This document shows positions 20,534 through 29,721 of a stretch of 64,000 bases of DNA, piece after piece. Each line of letters starts with the position of its first letter. Position 1 is the first letter of the stretch. The notes beneath the pieces were generated by a model. The model was not told the DNA's origin and searched no databases. It saw only the letters and a list, made by a program, of their open reading frames with translations. The stretch is taken from the NCBI GenBank assembly GCA_019244185.1, contig JAFATB010000006.1, positions 64,001 through 128,000 of the forward strand. The letters run 5' to 3'. This DNA is from Acidobacteriota bacterium (GTDB lineage Bacteria; Acidobacteriota; Thermoanaerobaculia; Gp7-AA8). A program made the translations under genes and the position numbers.

Positions 20534-21211
20534 TCACGGCTCGTAACGGCGGGTCGGCACGCCTTCGCTTTTGCGGATCGAAAGCTCGGCCAGCATCTGC
20601 GTCAGCCGCTTCCCTTCCGCCGTCGTCGACTCCCACGTGCGGCAGAGCACGTCCACCTGCAGCGGATCGATCTCCGCGGACACCGTGAAGCCGTTCGCGG
20701 GCTGCTCGATGCGGATGGTCTCCGTCTTCCGCCACGTGCCGTCGATGAACTCGCAGCGGCGATAGAGCTCGCCCTTGCCCGGCTGGTACATGTACGCGGC
20801 GAGCGGCGGGATGCCGCGCGCATTCGCCTTCTGCTCGTCGAGCGCGCGGATGATGCGCTCGGCGATGAGCTCGCGCAGCGCGCGCCGCGAGTCGCCGATC
20901 TCGCTCATGATCCGCACGCCGGAGTGATAGATGCTCGTCGCTCCCATCGTCTTCGCGAGACGCCACAGCGTCGAGCGCACCACGTTGCAGACCAGCTCGA
21001 CGTCGCGGCCCTGCCAGTCGATGACGAGAGGCTGCGTGAGGCCGGGCGCGATGCGGCCCTCGTGCGCGAGGAGAAAGCCCGTGACCGACACCTCGAGCAC
21101 GTGCACGCGCACGTCGCCGAACCGCGCCGGCAGAGACTGATCGAGCTTCACTCTCCCGTAGCGGCGGCGTTCGGATCTGACGTTTGCCTGCAACCGCGCC
21201 AAGGGTGCCAT
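20534..21211 (-). CDS. PilZ-like domain protein
   Basis: ERRRYGRV (RxxxR) and EVSVTG (D/N-x-S-x-x-G-like) motifs; C-terminal part of ORF 20534..23584. Confidence 0.65.
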   Translation of the reverse strand: MAPLARLQANVRSERRRYGRVKLDQSLPARFGDVRVHVLEVSVTGFLLAHEGRIAPGLTQPLVIDWQGRDVELVCNVVRSTLWRLAKTMGATSIYHSGVRIMSEIGDSRRALRELIAERIIRALDEQKANARGIPPLAAYMYQPGKGELYRRCEFIDGTWRKTETIRIEQPANGFTVSAEIDPLQVDVLCRTWESTTAEGKRLTQMLAELSIRKSEGVPTRRYEP

Positions 21212-21265
21212 CAAGCGCCGTCCGCGAGGCGATGTCAAGCGTGCCTCTATAATCGCGACATCCCT

Positions 21266-23755
21266 ATGTCTTTCAGTCGCCGGTACCTGCTCTGGCTTCT
21301 CGCGCCGCCGCTCGCGATCAGCGTGCCGCCCGCGCTGCTCTTCCTCACGCAGGTGGTGCAGCTCTCGACGGCGCATCTCTTCGGCCTCGTCGCGCTGCTC
21401 GCGGTGATGTATGCCTTCGGCTGCGTCGTCTTCACCCTCGGCGTGCGCCCGTATGCCGAGGCCGTCGAGGCCGCGCTGAACGGCCGCGGCGATCTCTCGC
21501 GCGCGATGTCGGCGTGTCTCGATCGCACGAAAGCGCTCTCGCTCGCGCTCTGGGCCGGCGGCGCGTTTCTCTTCGCGCTCGTCGCGTCGCTGCTCTTCAT
21601 CCGCACGCTCAACGGCTTCGCGCATTTCGCCGTCGCGGGACTGATCTCCGCGTTCGCCTCGATCGTCTGGGGCTACGCGATGGGCAAGCATCAGCTGCTG
21701 CGCGCCGCCGCCGGCAAGCGCGTGCACTACACCGGCTCCGGCATCACCCTCGGCAAGAAGATCGCCATCGTCTTCATCGGCTCGCTCAGCGTCTCCGCGC
21801 TGGCGCTGATCCTTCTCATCTCGACGCGCGTCTCGCAGACGCTCGAGCGGCTGGCGATCGATTCGTCGGCGGATCGCTTCCAGCGCGTGATGGACAACGC
21901 CAACGTGCTCGCGAAGGTCGACGCGTCGGCGCTCGACACGATGCGCATCTACATCCCGTCGGACTACTCGCTGCACCTCATCGATCCGCACGGGCACGTC
22001 ACCGACACGAAAGACGCGCTGACGCCGGAGGAGATCGCGGCCATGCGCGCGATCCGCAACGGCGACAGCAACGCGTACGTGAGTCCGCACGTGAGCCGCT
22101 TCGCGCAGCTGCGCGACGGCTCGATCCTCGCGCTGTCGATCCCGTGGACGCAGTACAAGAACATCCCCGCGCAGATCACGTTCTACACGCTCGTCGTGGT
22201 GCTGCTGACCACGGCCGTGTTCAGCGCGGCGACGGTGATTCTCTCGCGCGACGCCACCATGCCGCTCAACGCGCTGCGCGAGCTCGCGCGCGAGATGGCG
22301 CAGGGCAACTTCGACGTCGCGCCGCAAGTCTTCTCCGACGACGAGATCGGCCAGCTCGCCGACAGCTTCGGCGAAACGCGCGCGAATCTGCGGCGGCTCC
22401 TCGGGCGCGTCGGCGGCAGCGGCTCGACGATCACCGACGGCGTGCGCGTCATCACCGGCGGCACGGAGATGCTCCTCGCGCGCTCGCGCAACCAGAGCGA
22501 GCTGACCGAGAGCTCGTCGATGGCGGTCGAGAACGTGCGCGCCGGCGTGCGCAGCGTGCTCGCCGCCGCCGACACCGTTTCCGGACTCACGCAGGACGCG
22601 TCGAGCCGCGCGCTGGAACTGCAGGCGTCCGCCGAGGAAGTCGCGCGGAGCATGGACTACCTGTTTCAGTCGGTGGAGAAGACGTCGTCGTCGACGACGG
22701 AGATGAACGCGTCGATGAACGAGATGTCGCAGCGGACGGAAGTCCTGGCCGGCATCGGCGACGAAGTGCTCTCGTTCGTCGCGCAGATGGAGTCGACCGC
22801 GGGCGAGCTGCTGTCGTCCTCGCAGGCCACCGCGGAGATCGCGCAGCAGGTACGCGAGGACGCGCGCGGCGGCGGCGAAGCGGTGAACCGCACGGTCGAA
22901 GGCATCAACGCGACGCACGAGCTGACGATGAGCACCGCGCGCACGATCGACGAGTTGCAGCGCAGCGTCGGCGAGATCAGCCAGATCCTGACGGTCATCG
23001 AGGAGGTCGCGAACCGCACGAACCTGCTCTCGCTGAACGCCGCCATCATCGCCGCGCAGGCGGGCGAGCAGGGCGCCGGCTTCACCGTCGTCGCCGACGA
23101 GATCCGCGAGCTCGCCGAGCGCACGCGCGGCTCGACGAAAGAGATCGGCACGATCATCAAGGCCGTGCAGAGCGGCTCGCGCCAGGCCGTCGCCAAGATG
23201 CACGAGGGCGTGGCGAAAGTGACGGGCAACGTGCAGCTCGCGCAGGACGCCGCGCAGTCGCTCTCGAAGATCGTCGAGAGCGCGAGCCGCTCGTACGACA
23301 TGGCCACGCGCATCTCGCGCGCGCTCGGCGAGCAGTCGCAGGCCAGCCGCCGGCTGCACGAGGTCACCTCGCGCATGTCCGATCACATCTCCGAGATCAA
23401 CCGCGCCACGCGCGAACAGGCGCGCGGTACGCAGCTGATGACCGAAGAATCCGAGCGCGTGCGCGACATCGCCGCGCAGGTCAAGAACGCGACGGCGGAA
23501 CAATCGACGGCCGGCCGCGGCATCACGTCGGCGCTCGAAAAGATCGCCGAAGACGCGCGCGCGATGCGCAACCTCCTCGAGCATCAGCTGCAGGAGACCG
23601 ACCGCATCGCCGACGCCTCACGGGAGATGCTCGACATCGCGCAGAAGAACGACGCCGTCGCGCGCGAGTTCACGACGACTGTTCAGAACCTCGTGCGCAG
23701 CGGCCGCGAGTTCGAGAGCGAAGTGACGCGCTTCAAGTTCAGCGCGGACGCGTAG
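21266..23755 (+). CDS. Methyl-accepting chemotaxis protein (multi-TM, HAMP)
   Basis: HAMP DEIGQLADSF; hairpin tip RTNLLSLNAAIIAAQAGEQGAGFTVVADEIRELAE. Confidence 0.93.
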   Translation: MSFSRRYLLWLLAPPLAISVPPALLFLTQVVQLSTAHLFGLVALLAVMYAFGCVVFTLGVRPYAEAVEAALNGRGDLSRAMSACLDRTKALSLALWAGGAFLFALVASLLFIRTLNGFAHFAVAGLISAFASIVWGYAMGKHQLLRAAAGKRVHYTGSGITLGKKIAIVFIGSLSVSALALILLISTRVSQTLERLAIDSSADRFQRVMDNANVLAKVDASALDTMRIYIPSDYSLHLIDPHGHVTDTKDALTPEEIAAMRAIRNGDSNAYVSPHVSRFAQLRDGSILALSIPWTQYKNIPAQITFYTLVVVLLTTAVFSAATVILSRDATMPLNALRELAREMAQGNFDVAPQVFSDDEIGQLADSFGETRANLRRLLGRVGGSGSTITDGVRVITGGTEMLLARSRNQSELTESSSMAVENVRAGVRSVLAAADTVSGLTQDASSRALELQASAEEVARSMDYLFQSVEKTSSSTTEMNASMNEMSQRTEVLAGIGDEVLSFVAQMESTAGELLSSSQATAEIAQQVREDARGGGEAVNRTVEGINATHELTMSTARTIDELQRSVGEISQILTVIEEVANRTNLLSLNAAIIAAQAGEQGAGFTVVADEIRELAERTRGSTKEIGTIIKAVQSGSRQAVAKMHEGVAKVTGNVQLAQDAAQSLSKIVESASRSYDMATRISRALGEQSQASRRLHEVTSRMSDHISEINRATREQARGTQLMTEESERVRDIAAQVKNATAEQSTAGRGITSALEKIAEDARAMRNLLEHQLQETDRIADASREMLDIAQKNDAVAREFTTTVQNLVRSGREFESEVTRFKFSADA

Positions 23756-23764
23756 GACTCACGG

Positions 23765-24808
23765 TCACGCCGGGCAGCGCTCGCACAAGGGCAAGCGTTC
23801 GTGCTTCCGCAGCAGCCGGCGGAACGCGCGGAACTTCGCGCCGTTCCACACTTCCTCGAACGGCCGCTCGAAGACGTTGCCCATGTCGAGCGTGAGGCAC
23901 GGATACAAACGGCCGCGCGGATCGACGAACGCGTACGACGAGATGAGCGTGCAAGGCCGCGCCGTCTTCCGCTGAAACTCCGGATCGCGGTAGAACTCGA
24001 TCATCTCCTCGACGGGCAGCGGCGGATGAAACTCGAGTCGATACGGATACTGCGTCGACGCGAGCGCGCGCAGCTCGCGCTCGAGCACGGTCACGTCGAC
24101 GTTCGGCATCTCGTCGCTGCAGTAGGTGTCGACGTCGGAGCGGAAGAACGTCGTGTCGCCGGTCGCGCGCGCGATCAGTTCTTCCGAGACCGGCCGCTGC
24201 GCCGTGCGCAGCCAGATCTGATGCTGCAGTCGAAACGTGTCGATGCGCCACGCGCGCAGCTCCTCGGCCCACGCCGTCAGCGACGCGTACGTCCCCTCGT
24301 AGACGGTCGAATAGATCTCGATCTGCGGCGTCTTCGAGCCGAGCCGCTCGCGCGCCTCGTGGATCTCGCGCACGACCTGCGCGCAGAGCTCGAACGTGCC
24401 GTTGCCGCGGAAGCGGTCGTTCGCCGACGGCGGATCGACCGACAGGCCGACGGCGAGGAGGCCGCTGCGCACGAGCTCTTCCGCGCGTCCCACGAGGCGC
24501 GTGCCGTTCGTCACCACCGTGATCGGCAGCCCGCGCGACACCGCCGCGGCGAAGATGCGCGGCCACTCCGGATGCAGGAACGGCTCGCCGCCGAAGAAGC
24601 GGATCATCGGCTTGAACGACGCGATCGACTCGATGAACGCGAGCGCCTTCTCCGTGTTCATCACCGCGCTCGGCCGCAGCGTCTCCATGTCCGTCGTGAT
24701 CGGACAGTACGTGCAGCGCAGATTGCACGCGTCGGTGAGGAGCATGTCCAGCCCCCATGGCAGCGGTGCGTAGCCGCTGATGCGGTGAAGGCCCGACGTG
24801 TATTGCAT
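23765..24808 (-). CDS. Radical SAM protein with SPASM/twitch domain
   Basis: CNLRCTYC, GGEPFLH, VTNGT; C-terminal C...VDPRGRLYPC...GNV...CERC. Confidence 0.9.
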   Translation of the reverse strand: MQYTSGLHRISGYAPLPWGLDMLLTDACNLRCTYCPITTDMETLRPSAVMNTEKALAFIESIASFKPMIRFFGGEPFLHPEWPRIFAAAVSRGLPITVVTNGTRLVGRAEELVRSGLLAVGLSVDPPSANDRFRGNGTFELCAQVVREIHEARERLGSKTPQIEIYSTVYEGTYASLTAWAEELRAWRIDTFRLQHQIWLRTAQRPVSEELIARATGDTTFFRSDVDTYCSDEMPNVDVTVLERELRALASTQYPYRLEFHPPLPVEEMIEFYRDPEFQRKTARPCTLISSYAFVDPRGRLYPCLTLDMGNVFERPFEEVWNGAKFRAFRRLLRKHERLPLCERCPA

Positions 24809-24885
24809 GGCCCGTGGTACGGAGACAACGGACGGCGTGTCTACGCCGCCCGTGCGTGTTCACAACACGGACACGCGACGCGCGC

Positions 24886-26454
24886 TCACACCGCGCACAG
24901 CCACACCGCGTCGCCCACTTCGATGCGGAACTCCGGCGCGACGTTGCGCAGCACGGCGCCCCCACGCTCGACGGCGAGCACGATGCGCGCGTCCTGCAGC
25001 GCGAGATCGCCGGCGGTGCGTCCCGCGCACGACGCGCCGTCGACGCGGAAGATGCGGCGGTGCTCTTCGCGGACGCGCGCCTCGCGCCCGAGGAGGCGGG
25101 CGGAGAGCATCTCGCCGGAGACGTCGGAGATCGAGAGCGCGTAGTCGGCGCCGGCGCGGTGAATGTTCTCGACGTTCCGCGCGTGATTCACGCGGGCGAT
25201 GATCGGCACGTCACCGGCGAGATCGCGCGCGATGACCGTGGCGAAGAGCGTGGAGTCGTCGCTGTCGAGCGCGAGGATGAGACCGCGCGAGGTCGCGAAG
25301 CCCGCGCGCGCGAGGACGTACGTATCGAGCACGTCACCCGCGACGTCGACGTTCGCGCCCGCGCGCTGTTCGATGACGCGCACTTCCTCGCCGACATCGG
25401 TGAGCAGCTCGTGGACTTTGCGTCCAACTTCGCCGAAGCCGCCGATGAGGAACGGACCGCTATTGCGCAGCAGCGGCGTGCCGAGCATCGCCGCGGTCTG
25501 CTCCAGCGCGTCCGCGTCGCCCACGAGCTCGACGACCGCGTTCGGCTCGAGCACGGTGTTGCCGTGACAGCGCGTGTGCAATCGCGACCGCGACCACAGG
25601 CCGACCACCACCGCCGGCAGCTTCGCCTCCGCCAGCGTTTTCCCCGCGAGCGGACTCGCGGGCGGCACGCGCAGTTCGCGGCGCTCGAGTCCTTCGAGCC
25701 GATCGATGCCCGGCAGGCGCGGGCTGATGCGATCGCTCGCATGCGCCGCGAGCGCCGCGGCGACGATGTGCCGCGGCGTGTACGCGGCCGTCGCGCCGGC
25801 AAGCTCCATCGGCTTGCGATGCGATGGATCTTCGACGAACGCGAGGATCTCTTTCGTGAAGCCCATCTGCCGCGCGCGCAGGATCAGCGCCGCGTTTTCC
25901 TGATCGCGTCCGTTGGCGACGATCGCGCGCGCGTCGCCGAGGCGGCAGATGTCGAGCAGGTCTTCCTCGGTGCGGCTGAAGACGACCGGCTGTCCGCGCT
26001 CCATCATCGCGCGCGCCTGCGGCTCGTCGAGCTCGACGACGAGCGACGCCACGTTCTTCGCCGCGAGCCGCAGCAGCAGCGTCTCGACGGTCGGTCCGAA
26101 ACGGAAGACGATCACGTGGTCTTCGAGATCGTCGCGCGCGACGCGCGGCACGCGTTCTTCAAAGCGTTCTTCGAGGAACGGCACGAGGAAGATCGGAATG
26201 ACGAGGAAGAACAGAAACACGCCGGCGAACTGCACGACCACGACGAGCAGCACCATTGCCGGATGCTTCCACTTCGCGTCCGCGCCGTAGCCGGTCGTGC
26301 TCAGCGTCTCCGCCGACCATTCGAACGAGTCCCAGAACGAGCGCGGCTTCCCTTCGAGGCGCGCCATGCCGAGCTGGTACAGCAGCGCGGTGAGCACGAG
26401 AAACGCCGTGAGCGCGGCGACGAGCGCGAGCAGGCGTCGGGAAGAGCGCTGCAT
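24886..26454 (-). CDS. Potassium channel with tandem TrkA-N/RCK domains
   Basis: TLSTTGYG selectivity-filter-like motif between two TMs; GGFGEVG NAD-binding RCK motif. Confidence 0.88.
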   Translation of the reverse strand: MQRSSRRLLALVAALTAFLVLTALLYQLGMARLEGKPRSFWDSFEWSAETLSTTGYGADAKWKHPAMVLLVVVVQFAGVFLFFLVIPIFLVPFLEERFEERVPRVARDDLEDHVIVFRFGPTVETLLLRLAAKNVASLVVELDEPQARAMMERGQPVVFSRTEEDLLDICRLGDARAIVANGRDQENAALILRARQMGFTKEILAFVEDPSHRKPMELAGATAAYTPRHIVAAALAAHASDRISPRLPGIDRLEGLERRELRVPPASPLAGKTLAEAKLPAVVVGLWSRSRLHTRCHGNTVLEPNAVVELVGDADALEQTAAMLGTPLLRNSGPFLIGGFGEVGRKVHELLTDVGEEVRVIEQRAGANVDVAGDVLDTYVLARAGFATSRGLILALDSDDSTLFATVIARDLAGDVPIIARVNHARNVENIHRAGADYALSISDVSGEMLSARLLGREARVREEHRRIFRVDGASCAGRTAGDLALQDARIVLAVERGGAVLRNVAPEFRIEVGDAVWLCAV

Positions 26455-26470
26455 GGGAGGATAGTACGCG

Positions 26471-27274
26471 ATGCATCTGCTCTGCTCCGTGCGCACGTGT
26501 CACCAGCCCCTTGCCTTGCGCGAGCGGATCTACGTCTGTGCGAACGGCCACGCGTTCGACGTCGCACGCAGCGGCTACGTGAATCTGCTGCAGCCGCAGG
26601 ACCGCCGCTCGCATGCACCGGGCGACACGCCGCAGGCCGTCACCGCGCGCCGCCGTTTTCTCGAACGCGGCTTCGCCGCGCCGCTCGTCGACGCGATCGT
26701 CGCTGCGCTGCCGCTGCGTTCCGGCGACACGCTCCTCGATGCCGGCTGCGGCGAAGGCCATCACCTCGGCGCGTTCCGCCGTGCCTACGCGATCGAAGGC
26801 CACGGCGTCGACATCTCCGTTCCAGCCATCGAGCTCGCAGCGAAGCGCTATCGCGACTGCACGTGGGTCGTCGCGAACGCGGACCGCTTCCTGCCGTACG
26901 CCGACGCGTCGTTCCACGCGGTCGCATCGATCACCGCGCGCCTCAGTCCCGAAGAGTTCCGCCGCGTGCTCGCGCCCGGCGGCGCGTTGCTCGTCGTGCT
27001 GCCCGGCGCCGACGATCTCATCGAGCTGCGCGCCGCGGTCCTCGGCGAGCGCGTCGAACGCGACCGCACGCAACGCACGATCGAACAGTTCGCGCCGCTC
27101 TTCACGCTCGAACGCCACGCGCGCATCGAGCATCACGCGGAGCTCGATCGCGACGCGATCGCCGACGTGATGTCGTCGTCGTATCGCGGATTGCGTGCGC
27201 GCGAGCGCGAGAAACTCGATACGCTGCGCGCGATGAACGTGACCCTCAGCCGCGACCTGCTGCTCTTCCGATGA
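26471..27274 (+). CDS. rlmA: 23S rRNA m1G745/748 methyltransferase (RlmA-like)
   Basis: N-terminal Zn-finger C..C...CANGHAFDVARSGYVNLL; LDAGCGEG SAM motif. Confidence 0.8.
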   Translation: MHLLCSVRTCHQPLALRERIYVCANGHAFDVARSGYVNLLQPQDRRSHAPGDTPQAVTARRRFLERGFAAPLVDAIVAALPLRSGDTLLDAGCGEGHHLGAFRRAYAIEGHGVDISVPAIELAAKRYRDCTWVVANADRFLPYADASFHAVASITARLSPEEFRRVLAPGGALLVVLPGADDLIELRAAVLGERVERDRTQRTIEQFAPLFTLERHARIEHHAELDRDAIADVMSSSYRGLRAREREKLDTLRAMNVTLSRDLLLFR

Positions 27275-27531
27275 GCGAACGGTGGATGACCGCGATCGGA
27301 CTCGCGGCGGCGATCGGGACGACCGGCGCGTGGCTGCCGCAAGTCTGGCAGACGCTGAAGACGCGCAGCGCCGCCGATTTCTCGTGGCACTACCTGCGCC
27401 TCTTCGCGACCGGCGTCTTTCTGTGGCTCGTCTACGGCGTGCTGCGCCGCGACATCGCGATCATGGTGGCGAACGCGGTGACGTTCCTGCTCGTGCTCGC
27501 GGTGGTGTTCGTGAAGTGGCGGGGACGGTAG
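27271..27531 (+). CDS. SemiSWEET / PQ-loop sugar transporter
   Basis: TTGAWLPQVWQTLKTRSAADFS, LWLVYG and ANAVT motifs; 3 TMs; ATGA overlap with rlmA. Confidence 0.88.
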   Translation: MSERWMTAIGLAAAIGTTGAWLPQVWQTLKTRSAADFSWHYLRLFATGVFLWLVYGVLRRDIAIMVANAVTFLLVLAVVFVKWRGR

Positions 27532-27538
27532 GAAGTGC

Positions 27539-27567
27539 GGTCCGCCGCGCGTTTGACGCGGCGGACC
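27539..27567. terminator. Hairpin between convergent SemiSWEET and msrBA
   Basis: ggtccgccgcg...cgcggcggacc inverted repeat. Confidence 0.55.
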
Positions 27568-27576
27568 TGACACGAA

Positions 27577-28707
27577 CTAGTCAAACTTGATGGGCCGCAC
27601 GTAATGGCACGTGTAGCCGCCCGGATGCTTGATCAGGTAATCCTGGTGGTACTCCTCGGCCGTCCAGAACGCTTTCGCCGGAACGATCTCGGTGACGATG
27701 GGACGCTTCCACGCGCCCGACTTCTCCACCTTCGCCTTCACCTGCTCCGCGACCCGGCGCTGCTCGTCGTTGTGGTAGAAGATCGCCGAGCGATACGACG
27801 TGCCGACGTCGTTCCCCTGCCGGTTGAGCGTCGTCGGATCGTGCATCTTGAAGAAGAACTCGAGGATCTGCGCGTACGAGATCTTCGCCGGATCGAACGT
27901 CAGCTCGACGGCTTCCGCGTGTCCCTCGTGATGCTCGTACGTCGCGTGCTCGACGTTGCCGCCGGTGTAGCCGACGACGACGTGCGTCACGCCGGGAAGC
28001 TTGCGCAGCAGGTCTTCCATCCCCCAGAAGCAGCCGCCGGCGAGCGTGGCCGTCTGCAGGTGCGACGCGTCGGTGTGCGCGCTGCCCGTCACGTGCGTGT
28101 TGCTGACCGGCTTGATCTCGTTGTTGTGCGTGCTCTTGCCGAAGAGCGACGCGTAGCGGCCGTAGCCTTCCGCCTCGAGCCGATCGGCGGGGATGAAGCG
28201 GAGCGACGCCGAGTTCATGCAATAGCGGAGGCCGGTCGGCGCGGGACCGTCGTCGAAGACGTGCCCGAGGTGCGAGTCGGCGTGCTTCGAGCGGACCTCG
28301 GTGCGCGCCATGAAGAGTTTGCGATCCGTCTTCGTGGTGACGTTCTCGGGCGCGAGCGGCTTGGTGAAGCTCGGCCAGCCGGTGCCGGAATCGAACTTAT
28401 CGAGCGACGAGAACAGCGGCTCGCCGGAGACGACGTCGACGTAGATGCCCGGCTGGTGATTGTTCCAATACTCGTTGCGGAAGGCCGGCTCGGTGCCTTC
28501 GTGCTGCGTGACCTCGTACTGGAGCGGCGTCAGCTTCTGGCGCAGCTCGGCGTCGGCCGGTTTGGTGAAGTTGTCAGGCGACTGCGACATGGATCGAGTT
28601 CCTCCTTTGGATGCGTTCGCGGGGAGCGGCGCGGACTGCGATTGGGCGCAGCCGAAAAGGAGCACTACGAGAAACGAAACGACCTGGATGTGACGACGAT
28701 GGACCAC
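27577..28707 (-). CDS. msrB: Bifunctional peptide-methionine sulfoxide reductase MsrB/MsrA with a lipoprotein signal
   Basis: Msr[16 protein letters not shown] and RYCMNSASL; MsrA AGGCFWG and AEEYHQDY; lipobox LLFGC. Confidence 0.93.
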   Translation of the reverse strand: MVHRRHIQVVSFLVVLLFGCAQSQSAPLPANASKGGTRSMSQSPDNFTKPADAELRQKLTPLQYEVTQHEGTEPAFRNEYWNNHQPGIYVDVVSGEPLFSSLDKFDSGTGWPSFTKPLAPENVTTKTDRKLFMARTEVRSKHADSHLGHVFDDGPAPTGLRYCMNSASLRFIPADRLEAEGYGRYASLFGKSTHNNEIKPVSNTHVTGSAHTDASHLQTATLAGGCFWGMEDLLRKLPGVTHVVVGYTGGNVEHATYEHHEGHAEAVELTFDPAKISYAQILEFFFKMHDPTTLNRQGNDVGTSYRSAIFYHNDEQRRVAEQVKAKVEKSGAWKRPIVTEIVPAKAFWTAEEYHQDYLIKHPGGYTCHYVRPIKFD

Positions 28708-28825
28708 CGCGTGCCTCCTTGCACCGATTGAAACGAACGGGTTGGGTTCGAATATTCGATGTCGGAGGCGCGCGGCGGTTTCTCGTCAGGCGTTACGTCT
28801 CGGTCAACGCTGACAACCGTGCAGG

Positions 28826-29614
28826 TCAGCGCCGGCGCCAGTCGCGGTCCCAGTTGCTGCCGCCGCGGTTCCAGTCGTCGCGCGAGCCCTGCCGGTCGCG
28901 ATCCCAGCCGCGGTCCGAGCCGTAGCGATCGGAGCCGTGGAGCTGGTCGCGATCGTTCGGGATCACGAAGCCGCCGCGGTCATAGTCGGAGCTGCCGCGC
29001 GACTCGCGATCGCGATCCCAGCCGCGGTCGCTGCTGTTGTAGCCGCCACCGTTGCCGCGATCGTAGTTGTTGTTGCCGTAGTTGCTGTTGCCGTAGTTGC
29101 TGTTGCTGCCGTAGCCGCCGCGGTCGTAGTTGCCTCCGCCGTAGTTGCCGCCGCTGTAATTGCGGTCGCGGTCGCGATCCCAGCCACCGCGGTCGGAGCC
29201 GCCGAAGCCGTAGCCGCGATCGGAGCTGCTGCCGCGGTCGTAACCGCCGCCGCTGTAGCCACCGCCGCTGAAACGGTCGTTGAAGTTGCGGTCGTTGAAG
29301 TTACGGTCGTTAAAGTTGCGGTCGTTGTAGTTCCCGCGATCGAAGTCGCGTCCGCCGAAGTCGCGCTCGTTACCGCGGTCCCAGTTGCGGTTGAAGTCGC
29401 GTCCGTCGCCGCTCCAACTGTTGCCGGACGGCTCGCGGTCGAAGTTTCGTTCGAAACGGTCGGGGTTGAAACGGTAGGCGAAGCGGCCATCGCGCGCACC
29501 ATGACGGTACGCATCGGACTGCCAGCGGTCGCCTGCATTACGGTCGGGATCCGGCATCTCGTGCTCGGGATCGTACGACCCGATGTAGCGTTCTCGGTCA
29601 CGTGGTTTCCACAT
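28826..29614 (-). CDS. Low-complexity Gly/Arg/Asp/Asn/Tyr-rich disordered protein
   Basis: ATG at 29614 with SD AGGAGG; repeats NDRNF, GGNY, (S)DRG(G)WDRDR. Confidence 0.75.
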   Translation of the reverse strand: MWKPRDRERYIGSYDPEHEMPDPDRNAGDRWQSDAYRHGARDGRFAYRFNPDRFERNFDREPSGNSWSGDGRDFNRNWDRGNERDFGGRDFDRGNYNDRNFNDRNFNDRNFNDRFSGGGYSGGGYDRGSSSDRGYGFGGSDRGGWDRDRDRNYSGGNYGGGNYDRGGYGSNSNYGNSNYGNNNYDRGNGGGYNSSDRGWDRDRESRGSSDYDRGGFVIPNDRDQLHGSDRYGSDRGWDRDRQGSRDDWNRGGSNWDRDWRRR

Positions 29615-29721
29615 GAGCAAAGATCCTCCTTCGCCCGTTTTGTAGTGCAACAAACGCGCGAGTTTCACGCGCCGCAGAGGCCGCCGAATAGCTCTGACAC
29701 GCGCTTTGTTTTGCTCGTCTC

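Noticed and set aside
28963-29601. Ala/Thr-rich 212-aa ORF resembling a mucin or antifreeze protein
   Set aside because: Alternative frame of the Gly/Arg/Asp-rich gene, which has the SD-supported start
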